A stretch of 63,998 nucleotides of DNA, counting the filler, from Stramenopiles sp. TOSAG23-2 (taxonomy: Eukaryota): the NCBI GenBank assembly GCA_900128395.1. It is 5 parts of 5 records of this genome, joined end to end, with 100 filler letters (N's around TTAATTAATTAA, not from the genome) between each part and the next. Parts side by side here need not be neighbours in the genome. Positions count along the whole stretch, not along the records: positions 13,059 to 26,009 come from LT649824.1; positions 26,110 to 39,056 come from LT649825.1; 3 more parts are not named here. One strand, given 5' to 3'. Numbering within the stretch: position 1 is the stretch's first letter; each line of letters begins with the position of its first letter. Positions 22,312 through 32,460 of the stretch are shown one piece after another. A program made the translations under genes and the position numbers. The notes below the pieces were generated by a model. The model was not told the DNA's origin. It was given only the letters and a program-made list of their open reading frames with translations, and searched no databases.

Positions 22312-22490
22312 AGTAGGAGAGAGGGAGCAGATGCGCGTAGCCAGGTAAATAGCACTGGTTTCCTATCAAACATATAAAAATTAATATACTAAATTTGTAC
22401 TATCACCGAATTGGACACAAATCTACAAATCGTTGATTTTTTCACTTTTTACCGATGTTAGACGTTAGGGTTCGGTGTCTCGATCTCCTT

Positions 22491-23417
22491 CACAGTTTAC
22501 ATAGTCGGCCGTCTAACGTGAATGTTCTTATGTGTAGTGTTATTTTTGGACATATTTTAAGGTAAAATGTTATTTTCAAGGCCTGTGTAGTGCTAATTGC
22601 ATTTTTTTGCTGATGAGAACATTTTTTTTGATGAAGAAGAAATGTGTTTTTTGTTGGGAATATAGATTGTTCATTTAACTATGCATTTATATTTAATACA
22701 TTAAATGGAAAAAGATATTATCATAAACTAAAAAATTAAAAGTAAAATTTAATTTTATATTACCTAAAATTTTAAATATATTATCTAAACATGTATTCAA
22801 AACATCTCCCACACCAAACATATCATTGTTATAAAAAATACATATGATTTCATAACAATATATTTACGCTTGTGTGCGTGGTTGTTTTGTCATACAAATG
22901 AAGAATATAACAATACACACTATTGGTTTTTAAAAAAGTAAATTTGAATTTCAACCATTTAAATGATCAAAAGTTCGTATTGAATAAGTTGATAATGGGG
23001 GGAGTTAACTCGTCAATCAATAGCTTGTCTGATGGATGTAACCCTCACTTAAATGTTCCAAATCCGATTGACATGTTAACTATTCCCATTATCAAATTAT
23101 CTCCAATTTAGTATCTACCTTTTCTCCCATTGGTCTTGCAAGTGATGTATCTTTTGCATGTATTTAGCATGTATTAAATATTTTAACATTTGCATTAAAA
23201 AATTTGTAAGTACAAAACCTACCATTAGAATAGCATTAGAGCTTTTAAAAATAAAGTGTATTACTATTGATAAATATATGGACCAATTTGATGTAAATAT
23301 TAATTTCATCGAGTTAGCACTACACAGGCCTTGAAAAAGACGGTTTACCTTAAAATATTCCCCAAAATAACACTACACATAAGAAGATTGACGTTAGGCG
23401 TCCGACGCTGAGCTGTG
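22491..23417. mobile_element. Putative non-autonomous TIR element (~930 bp, ~105-bp TIRs starting CACAG)
   Basis: 22491-22596 is an imperfect reverse complement of 23314-23417 (shared ttcttatgtgtagtgttatttt and ttttcaaggcctgtgtagtgctaa); no clear TSD. Confidence 0.7.
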
Positions 23418-24085
23418 AGCGTCGTGTGTTCCGACTATTCCGCCACAGTCTTTTTTTTCATACCTATACCTACTGTATATACCACAGGCACAGGCCCAGC
23501 TTGCACAGCCTCACCACAGCAGCTTTATTGATTATTAATATTGGTTACAAACATACAAAAATATTAATACTATATCACTGTATAAATATAGTATTATAAA
23601 TACCAGAATCTAAAATGCACTATTGACTATTGAATAATATAATATTATATATTATGCACTTTAACTTTAATTTACAGAATAATGATGAATAAAGTTAAAG
23701 TAGAAAAGAAGAGGAGGCCACAGGGAGGCGAAAAAAGTAAAAAGTAAAAAGGATATTAAATTATTTTTGGATATAATAGGCCCATCACAGCATGAACGTA
23801 TTATAGTATCATCAGTGTATTTAATATTTCTGTATAATAATAATATCCACCCTAACCCACCACAACATACACACAACACTACAAGAACACTCCACACAAC
23901 TCCCAACTCCACCCACATATACCACATATATTAATATATATACCTCTACATTAGATATAAATATATATACATCATATGTCTGTCCAAACATAATATAAAG
24001 TTCGACAAATAAAGAACAAAACTATAGGTATATAATAAAACAAAACCATACGTAATATACAGAAAAAAAAAAACAAAAAAAAAAT

Positions 24086-25489
24086 ATGGGCGCAGGTGCA
24101 AGTACCCAAAGCATTACAATTAATGTGCAAACAAACAATACAATGGATACACGTAATGTATCGATTAAAGAAATATTGAAAATATTATCAGAAAAACAAA
24201 AAAAAGAATTAATGCAACATGTGGTTGCAAAGGCATCTGCAATGATATTTGAAGAAGGTCCACCACCACCATCACCACGTGCACCACCACCAGCTCCAAA
24301 ATTATTATGGGATCCAGAAGCACCTGCAGTTCAATATACCGAGACGAAAGTACAAAATATCATCAATTTTAACAATGATCCAAAGAAATTATCAATTAAG
24401 GTAAACACACCAAAATCTGGATTTTTAATGTTAGAATTACATTCTGTGAAACGTGATGGTATACGTGCCGGTAGCTTCAGCGAGAATTTAGTTCCAGATG
24501 TACCAAAAGAATTTTTAAATATCAAACCTGGTACAAAAATCCTATTGAAGAATTATCACCCAACTGGCGATGCAGTGGTCGAAGTTGCACTTGCAAATTG
24601 GGGATATGGTGCTGGGCAAGGACATAAAGTGGCTTCATGGGATCAAACAAATGGTCGTGTATTTAATGATGGAAGTGTACGAAAAGCGAATCGAAATCAA
24701 CCATATACATGGTTATATGATCATTGTTGGAGCTTAATCGTCAAAGGTAGTGATACGTTAGCCGATGGAAGAGGACTTGATTTACCACAAAATGTCCAAT
24801 TAATTTGGGATAAACCTTCTCCGTTAGTATTTTATGAGAATTTTGAATCTCAAACATACAAAGGTGAAGTAAAAAATGCATTTGTAGTGAAAGGTGGATA
24901 CAATGGTAGCACCCATGCTTTGGAAGGATCTAGTGGGGAAGATGGAAAAGTATGGTATCACACATTTAACGATGGTTTTCCAAGAGGTGTAGTATCCATA
25001 AGTTTTTGGCATTGCCCTGTAAAAGTTGGACCTGCGGATATACCATCTATCCTCGCCGTCTCCACAAACAATCGCCCAAGTGATACATCTATTGGAATGG
25101 ATTTGATTGGAAGAAATTGCATGTATTATTCAACAAACCAAAAAAATTTCAAAATAACTAACTGGTTTGTAAACGGTGTAAATACGGAAAGATATTCCAA
25201 TGAACCGGAGAATGTACCTTACAATTTTAAGACACAGCATCGCTATGTCAAAAAAGATATTGAATTGAATAAATGGCAACACCATTATATTGAATTTAGT
25301 AGTGCAATTGGTAGCGCAGAATCTGGTGAAATCAATGGACTACGATGGTTTGGGTCTAGTTTAAGGGCAGGTGGAAGATATAGAGGAACTGGTAAATTGG
25401 ATGAAGTGAGATATTATACAAAAAGTTTATCTGATTCACAAATATTAAAATTAAGCAAAGGTGAAACAGCATTTGGTAATAAGAAATAA
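24086..25489 (+). CDS. Predicted N-myristoylated protein with C-terminal LamG/ConA-like domain
   Basis: MGAGAS N-terminus; Pro-rich linker; SISFW, ELNKWQHHYI, GKLDEVRYYTKSLSDSQI. Confidence 0.7.
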   Translation: MGAGASTQSITINVQTNNTMDTRNVSIKEILKILSEKQKKELMQHVVAKASAMIFEEGPPPPSPRAPPPAPKLLWDPEAPAVQYTETKVQNIINFNNDPKKLSIKVNTPKSGFLMLELHSVKRDGIRAGSFSENLVPDVPKEFLNIKPGTKILLKNYHPTGDAVVEVALANWGYGAGQGHKVASWDQTNGRVFNDGSVRKANRNQPYTWLYDHCWSLIVKGSDTLADGRGLDLPQNVQLIWDKPSPLVFYENFESQTYKGEVKNAFVVKGGYNGSTHALEGSSGEDGKVWYHTFNDGFPRGVVSISFWHCPVKVGPADIPSILAVSTNNRPSDTSIGMDLIGRNCMYYSTNQKNFKITNWFVNGVNTERYSNEPENVPYNFKTQHRYVKKDIELNKWQHHYIEFSSAIGSAESGEINGLRWFGSSLRAGGRYRGTGKLDEVRYYTKSLSDSQILKLSKGETAFGNKK

Positions 25490-26009
25490 AAGTTGTTTTA
25501 CATAGCGTGTCAATAATGACGATGATGGTATAAGAAGGAAGAGAAGAAAGGAAGTGTGATGTGGTGTGTAAAATTACATGTATTTTATTGTCACCCCAGT
25601 AAATTATCAATATTTTTAAAACGAGATCAATATAAAATAAGAAAAAATATTAATATATAATACATTTTTATATTTCGTATATTTGGTGTGACCAAAATAT
25701 TAATTTAAAAAAAATATAATACGATCGTATATTTTAAAAATATTTTACGAACAACGTGTATATATGTGTCTTGTTAGGGAGTTGTACCTTTAGCGCATGA
25801 CACGCTCTACACTCTAAAAACGTGTTACGAAAGTCGTATCTCATATATTATTATAAGTATTCATCGTTTTTAGTGTTTACATATTATATATATTTATGAG
25901 TAAATAAAAGCTTTTTAAATTTTAAGTAAGAGAATTTTTTATATATAATGTATCATATTTTAATAAGATTATTTGTGTTCACAAACTAGACCTTTTCCTT
26001 GTTACATTC

Positions 26010-26109
26010 NNNNNNNNNNNNNNNNNNNNNNNNNNNNNNNNNNNNNNNNNNNNTTAATTAATTAANNNNNNNNNNNNNNNNNNNNNNNNNNNNNNNNNNN
26101 NNNNNNNNN
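26010..26109. other. Artificial contig spacer
   Basis: N-run TTAATTAATTAA N-run. Confidence 0.98.
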
Positions 26110-26184
26110 TCTTTACCAAATTGGTCCTTATTCATAATTCTTCTATCACTGGCAGTTGCACCAAATAGGCCTTCCGCAGAAATT

Positions 26185-29100
26185 TTGAGAGCGTCTTTTG
26201 AGTTACAAAACATAGAAGCTGCTGCAAAAAAGAAAGCTGCAAAGGGTGGGAAAAAAGATGCTGTAGAAGATAAAGCAGCAGCAATTAAAATCGATGCTCA
26301 TAGGAAAACTCCTGAGGAGTTGTGTGATCAACTTGGTACAAGCATGGAAACTGGGTTGTCCACAAACAAAGTAGAGGAGTTAAGAGAGGAGCATGGTTTC
26401 AACGTGCTTAATCCTCCCAAAGAAGATCCGGAGTGGTTAAAGCTTCTTAAAACACAAACGGGTTTGTTTAATATGTTGCTTTGGTTCGGTGGTATTCTTT
26501 GCTTCATCTCTTACAGCTTAAAGACAGATCGTGAAAATTTGTATCTTGGCTCCGTACTTGTGTTTGTTGTTATTGTTACTGGTATCTTCGAATATTTCCA
26601 AGAGAAAAAAAGTAGTGATATGATGAAAAGTTTTGCCAATATGGTTCCGCCAGAATGTAATGTAATTCGCAATCAAGGTCAAAAAACGAAAATTCCTGCG
26701 TCCGAGCTTGTTCCAGGGGACATTTTGATTCTTAACACCGGTGAAAAGTTACCAGCAGATATTCGTATCTTTGATTGTAGTAGTGACTGCAAAGTTGATA
26801 ATGCATCGCTTACCGGCGAAGCTGAACCATTAAAACGTTCCAACATTAACTCACATGACGACTGGAAAGAAACGAAATGCTTAGCTTTCTTTGGTACCAC
26901 TATTCCATCTGGAAAATGTAGTGGCATCGTTTTTCAAACGGGTCCAAGAACTGTTATGGGAAGAATTCAAGATCTTGCCGTAAATACAGCACACGTTGAA
27001 ACACCAATTGCGAAAGAAATTAAACATTTCATCTTTTTAGTATCTGGTGTTGCCGGTTTCCTTGGAATATCATTTTTCATTTTAGGATGCGTTAAACAAA
27101 GTGCAGCAACTGGAACTGTAGATTGGACAACTCAATTTGTTTTTATGATTGGTATTATTGTTGCTAACGTGCCAGAAGGTTTGTTGGCTACTGTTACTGT
27201 GTGTCTTTCGTTAACAGCGCAACGGATGGCGACAAAGCAGGTTTTAGTGAAAAACCTTGAGGCTGTTGAGACTTTAGGCTCTACTTCATGTATTTGTTCA
27301 GATAAGACTGGAACTCTAACTAAAAACGAAATGACAGTACAAAACATTTGCTGTGATGGTATGATTTATGAATACAAATATGGTAGTGCAGGTGATTTAA
27401 ATGATTTTGCTCGCATCGATATGAAAACGGCCGGGAGAAAAACTGGGGTAGTAACAGCTGTTGAAGCAAGGGAAAAGGATCCAGATAAAAAGGGAACTTG
27501 CTTTAAAATCCGATTTGATGATGGTTTTGATGCCGGTGTTGTGGAGGGAGGAGACGGTTCGGAGGGTAGAGGTTGGATTCCACGATCGATGATTGAATTT
27601 AATGGTAATCCACTTGGCGAGAAATGGGAATTAGAGGCCCGCAATATTGTGGAAACTAAAGATCCGGAGGTTGGAGATAATGTTACAGTAACATTTTCAG
27701 CTGATAGTATGAAAAGAATGGTTCGCGTTTGTGCCGTTTGTAATATTGTAACGTTTGATGCTAACTCCAAAAAAGTTCGAAATAAAGACATTAGAAATAA
27801 ATCGAATCGTTTACGGTATGAAAAAATGTTGAAACTAGCGGAGAAAGGTGAAAAGTTGGAAGTAGGTATGAATTTACCATTCCGTGGTAGATTGGAACAA
27901 GCTGGTAACAAAAAAACTGGTGCATCAGTTATTTACCCTGTAAATCAATGGATGGATTCAGGTGAAAATGCAACTGAGGCAGCGATGGTAAGATGGGCAC
28001 AAGATAAAGATTTGTTTAGTGACGATGATCTAGAAGCCATTAAAGCTGCTGTACAAAACAAGTTAGCTGCTGCAGAGGCTAAATTGGGAGACACACCGAA
28101 AGCAGGAGGAAAACCTGATGGCGATCCAAAAAGTGACGCAGTACAAGAATGGGCTCAGAGAAATGATGCATATCAAGCAGCACAAGATGCTTTTACTGCA
28201 GCTAAATCGGATATGGAACAAATGGATAAGTTGCGTGGAGAATGGGATGCAGAAAATAATGGTCCGTTGTTTAGAAATTTCTCTGACGCAGCAGTCGAGT
28301 ACGAGAATGCAGGAGCTGGAATTTCTAATTACAGATTAGCGTATGAGAAAATTTCACACACTGGTGATGGTGGTACAAAAACCTGGGAAATTCCATTCAA
28401 CAGTAAAAACAAATACCAAGTGTCGGTACATAAGCAAGCTAACAGTGACAGCAAAAAGCCTATTTTATTAATGAAAGGCGGTTCAGATGTTGTATTAAAT
28501 CGTTGCGATAGAGCTTATCATAATGGCGAAGTTATCCCTATGACTGATGCATTAAAAGCTCGTTATTTGGAATTAAATAGTGTATTGGCACAGAAAGGTC
28601 GTCGTGTGCTTGCAGCTTGTGAATTAGAAATGGATGAAGCTGCAACATGGACTGATTTTGAAACAGAACCGGCAAACTTTCCTCTTGGAAATGCAGAAGA
28701 TGCAGTTCAAGAACAAATCAAAAAAATGACCGCGCAAGCAGAAAAAACACTAAAAGGTGTAGAGAAAAAGACAGAAATTGCAAAATGGGAAGCTCATAAA
28801 AAGTCTACTGGAAAACTTATTTTTATTGGATTTGCAGCATTGATTGATCCTCCACGTGAAGCTGTGCCAGGTGCTGTAATTCAATGTAAATCTGCTGGAA
28901 TTAAAGTTGTTATGGTTACTGGTGACCATCCAAAAACCGCAGAAGCAATTGCGAAAAAAGTAAATATCATTACCGGCATTGGTGCAACTGCCAGTGATAG
29001 AAGAATTATGAATAAGGACCAATTTGGTAAAGAAGTATTTGAGAATATGACGAATGAACAAAATCCAGCTTTGGCACCTGCAATTGTTATTCCAGGCAAA

Positions 29101-31197
29101 AAATTCGATGCTGGGGATCCAAAAGAGAAATGGGATGATTTCTTGGCTCATGAGCAAATCGTTTTTGCTAGAACGTCTCCGCAACAAAAATTGCTAATTG
29201 TTAGAAATTTCCAAGAGCGTGGTAGCGTCGTCGCTGTAACTGGAGATGGTGTAAATGATGCGCCAGCGTTATCCCAAGCTGACATTGGTGTTGCAATGGG
29301 CATCATGGGTACTGAAGTTTCCAAAGAGGCTGCTGATATGATTTTGCTAGACGATAACTTTGCAAGTATTGTGAAAGGTGTTGAAGAAGGGCGTTTGATT
29401 TTCGATAATTTAAAAAAATCAATTGCATACACGCTTTCATCTAATATTCCAGAAATTGCACCATTTTTAAGTTTTATTACAGTTGATATCCCGTTACCAT
29501 TGAGTACAGTATTGATCTTGTGCATTGATTTGGGCACCGATATGGTACCTGCCATCTCCATGGCATGGGAAACAGCAGAAGCTGATATTATGAAGCGTAA
29601 GCCACGAAATCAAAACGTCGATCGCCTTGTAACAAGAAAGCTCATTTGCTTTGCATATCTTCAAATCGGTATCATCCAAGCTATGGCAGGATTTTACTCT
29701 TATTTAGTAGTTTTATCAGATTATGGATTTATGCCACATACACTACCAGGTCTTGGTGCGGATGATAATTGGGGTAAACAGCCATTATTTTGTAAAGTAT
29801 CAAATGGAGTGTTCCGTAATGAAGAGGGTCATCATTTCAGTTTATTTGCTATTGATCCATCTCAACCAACGACTGAAACAGGTGTTACAACTATGGGTGT
29901 TAACGGTGACGGTGTTGTAGATACCACAGTTGCGATAAATTATGCACAGTCGATGGGTTTTAAATTCTGGGACTGGCGTATTGACCCACAAAATGGGCCA
30001 TACCTCGATGTTGCCAAAACTAAGACTGGTAAACTAGTAAAAGGTGCAGTGAAATCATGCGTACATCCAGCTAGAGTAATCAATGCAGATGGCAAACAGG
30101 AATTTGAATCGAAAAATTGGTACGATCCAACCTTAATGGGTAATTATCTGGACAGCGGTAATGCTACAAGTAGTAATACCAAATTTGCTGATGATACTGA
30201 ATCCAGACCAGTTGGGGCTGTGAATCATATATTGGCATTAAAATCGATGAGATACATTAATTACATGCCATTTCAAGGTCGTATGTCATCTTTTTATTAC
30301 AAAAATTGGCAAAAATGGGATCCATTTGTATTTGAAGCTGGTGTAGCATCGGTTTATGGTATGGGTCGTACTACTGCTGACCAATACTATGGTTCACAGC
30401 CACTTGGTTATCGTGTAATTCCACCATGGGCAAAAGCAGAAGCTAAAACATCGAGTTGGGGTGGTGGTCCACAAAGAGGTGCCTACGTGTCTCTGACAGC
30501 AAATTCTCAATGGCTTTTCGAGAAGAAATTAGGTAAAGATCTGGGAAAGGATTCTTACTCTACTACTATTCTTTCAATGCCTCAAGAAAAAACTCCAAGA
30601 TTTCCAACATTAGAGACTCCGGAAGTCCTTAACGAAGGTGGTAGTAAAGCTACAGAATCTTCCACATGTACTTGTTGGTCAGGGTCGGGTACCACAATCG
30701 ACGTAAAAGTAGACCAAAATTGTGCTACATCATCAAAAGATTGCCTGGTAGATTCGCTGTACTCATGGAAAGATACAGACAAAAAGGTTTGGACAAATGT
30801 TGCAAACCGCATGATTCAAGAGGAAGGTTTGAAATATGCTCAAACATCAGGTTTCACAACAATTATTGTAGTACAATGGGCGGATTTAATGATTTGTAAA
30901 ACAAGATGGCTATCAATTGCTGACCAAGGTATGGTTAACCCTTTAATGAATTTCGGTTTATTATTCGAAACCATTCTGGGTTCTCTGATGTGTTACTTCA
31001 CACCTTTAGGCGCGGCATTAAACACAAGGCCACTTCGTTTTACGCATTGGTTCCCTGGTATGCCATTTTGCATTTTCATTTTCTTATACGATGAATGGAG
31101 AAAATATATGATGCGTAAAACAGAAAAAGAGGAGATAGGTGAAGAAGCTTTAGGCAAGAAGATAGGTGGATGGTTGAAAGAAAATACTTATTATTAA
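26185..31197 (+). CDS. ATP1A: P2C-type Na+/K+-ATPase alpha subunit with large insertions (5' end probably incomplete)
   Basis: DNASLTGE, VANVPEGL, CSDKTGTLT, IPFNSKNKYQ, DPPR, MVTGDHP, GDGVND, SNIPEI, DLGTDMVPAIS, C-terminal KENTYY. Confidence 0.95.
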   Translation: MRASFELQNIEAAAKKKAAKGGKKDAVEDKAAAIKIDAHRKTPEELCDQLGTSMETGLSTNKVEELREEHGFNVLNPPKEDPEWLKLLKTQTGLFNMLLWFGGILCFISYSLKTDRENLYLGSVLVFVVIVTGIFEYFQEKKSSDMMKSFANMVPPECNVIRNQGQKTKIPASELVPGDILILNTGEKLPADIRIFDCSSDCKVDNASLTGEAEPLKRSNINSHDDWKETKCLAFFGTTIPSGKCSGIVFQTGPRTVMGRIQDLAVNTAHVETPIAKEIKHFIFLVSGVAGFLGISFFILGCVKQSAATGTVDWTTQFVFMIGIIVANVPEGLLATVTVCLSLTAQRMATKQVLVKNLEAVETLGSTSCICSDKTGTLTKNEMTVQNICCDGMIYEYKYGSAGDLNDFARIDMKTAGRKTGVVTAVEAREKDPDKKGTCFKIRFDDGFDAGVVEGGDGSEGRGWIPRSMIEFNGNPLGEKWELEARNIVETKDPEVGDNVTVTFSADSMKRMVRVCAVCNIVTFDANSKKVRNKDIRNKSNRLRYEKMLKLAEKGEKLEVGMNLPFRGRLEQAGNKKTGASVIYPVNQWMDSGENATEAAMVRWAQDKDLFSDDDLEAIKAAVQNKLAAAEAKLGDTPKAGGKPDGDPKSDAVQEWAQRNDAYQAAQDAFTAAKSDMEQMDKLRGEWDAENNGPLFRNFSDAAVEYENAGAGISNYRLAYEKISHTGDGGTKTWEIPFNSKNKYQVSVHKQANSDSKKPILLMKGGSDVVLNRCDRAYHNGEVIPMTDALKARYLELNSVLAQKGRRVLAACELEMDEAATWTDFETEPANFPLGNAEDAVQEQIKKMTAQAEKTLKGVEKKTEIAKWEAHKKSTGKLIFIGFAALIDPPREAVPGAVIQCKSAGIKVVMVTGDHPKTAEAIAKKVNIITGIGATASDRRIMNKDQFGKEVFENMTNEQNPALAPAIVIPGKKFDAGDPKEKWDDFLAHEQIVFARTSPQQKLLIVRNFQERGSVVAVTGDGVNDAPALSQADIGVAMGIMGTEVSKEAADMILLDDNFASIVKGVEEGRLIFDNLKKSIAYTLSSNIPEIAPFLSFITVDIPLPLSTVLILCIDLGTDMVPAISMAWETAEADIMKRKPRNQNVDRLVTRKLICFAYLQIGIIQAMAGFYSYLVVLSDYGFMPHTLPGLGADDNWGKQPLFCKVSNGVFRNEEGHHFSLFAIDPSQPTTETGVTTMGVNGDGVVDTTVAINYAQSMGFKFWDWRIDPQNGPYLDVAKTKTGKLVKGAVKSCVHPARVINADGKQEFESKNWYDPTLMGNYLDSGNATSSNTKFADDTESRPVGAVNHILALKSMRYINYMPFQGRMSSFYYKNWQKWDPFVFEAGVASVYGMGRTTADQYYGSQPLGYRVIPPWAKAEAKTSSWGGGPQRGAYVSLTANSQWLFEKKLGKDLGKDSYSTTILSMPQEKTPRFPTLETPEVLNEGGSKATESSTCTCWSGSGTTIDVKVDQNCATSSKDCLVDSLYSWKDTDKKVWTNVANRMIQEEGLKYAQTSGFTTIIVVQWADLMICKTRWLSIADQGMVNPLMNFGLLFETILGSLMCYFTPLGAALNTRPLRFTHWFPGMPFCIFIFLYDEWRKYMMRKTEKEEIGEEALGKKIGGWLKENTYY

Positions 31198-31824
31198 AAA
31201 ATCAATTTTGAATTATTTCAATAATTTATAAACATGTTGGGAGGGAAATTGCAATAGTTCCATACATTCATACAACTTTTCTCTGTATTGGCACCATTGC
31301 CATGCAGGGGATTTATCATATTAATCATACTATGACACGTGTAATCGTGTTGTATTCACAAAATAATAATGTGGGGGAGGGGATAGTTTTTTACGTACAT
31401 ATACCCGCGTGTATATTTTTGTATTTGCCGTCGTATACATTATTAGTATCTGACGTGTTACTTGTGGTAAAAACTCACTTAGAATTTCGAAATCAAGTAA
31501 TCATAATCCTAAGCATAAAATAATGAAATTAAAGTGTCATTATTTATATGTGTGCATTATTTTTAAAAGAAAAAATAATGCATACCCCGGTAATTACTAA
31601 AAAAAAAAATTATTTTTTAAAATATCTAGATATAATTAAATAAAAGTATTACAGGTACCGCGTACATTTTAATTCTTTATTCCTATACTCATGATGCAAT
31701 TCCTACGTTCGTACTTTTCAAAAGAATATATGTTAAATTAAAAAATGTACGAAGTATAACTCTAGATTTTAACCAATATAATATTAGAGAGAGGGTCGAT
31801 GACGTATACAATGATACATCAACT

Positions 31825-32268
31825 TTGGAAACAGTTCCTTTTGTAGTAGACACTTCAGAGATGGGAAGAATTTACCTCCAGACGTGCAGACTAACCAACA
31901 AAATATCAAGGAGCAAAAACCCGAGATTCATCACATCCAGCCCAAATTTAATTACAAATGATTTAGCTCATAAGAGTATAGTTGCCAAGAAGAGAGCAAC
32001 CGTACGGGCAAGGGATGGTCATGACAAAATTCGAAGATATCAAGATCGACTTGCGGTTGAACGTGGGATGGAACGTGTGACTCAAAATGAGCGAATAAAA
32101 GCAATAAGCAAAACTAAATTGGGATACAACACAGCAATAAGATATCAAGAATCACTTGCACCTGGAAGAAGGCCTGGTAAATTATTTTCTTGGGATGATA
32201 GTGGAAATGTCATTTCAAAAGGCGATCATGAATATCCAGGTGGTATTAGTAGTTCACATCCATGGTAG
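31825..32268 (+). CDS. Small basic protein of unknown function (likely terminal exon)
   Basis: Frame stays open upstream to a possible acceptor near 31787; coding-like composition. Confidence 0.5.
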   Translation: METVPFVVDTSEMGRIYLQTCRLTNKISRSKNPRFITSSPNLITNDLAHKSIVAKKRATVRARDGHDKIRRYQDRLAVERGMERVTQNERIKAISKTKLGYNTAIRYQESLAPGRRPGKLFSWDDSGNVISKGDHEYPGGISSSHPW

Positions 32269-32460
32269 AGATTTACAAGGCGTAGGGGAGAAGTAGTCTT
32301 CCTGGGAAAACGTAGATTTGGACCTGGAAGATCGAATAAGTTTTTTATGATTACAAACTAGAATATATCATATTAATCAACTGTAAAATAAAAAAAAAAA
32401 AACCGACACAGTGTGCTAGTGATTATATCATTAGGCAATAGTGACGAGGAAATAGACAAT

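Noticed and set aside
18224-22369. Many overlapping antisense and alternative-frame ORFs in the Cys-rich gene (also in the ATPase, IQ and MAP3K genes)
   Set aside because: Shadow ORFs of long coding regions with no independent motifs
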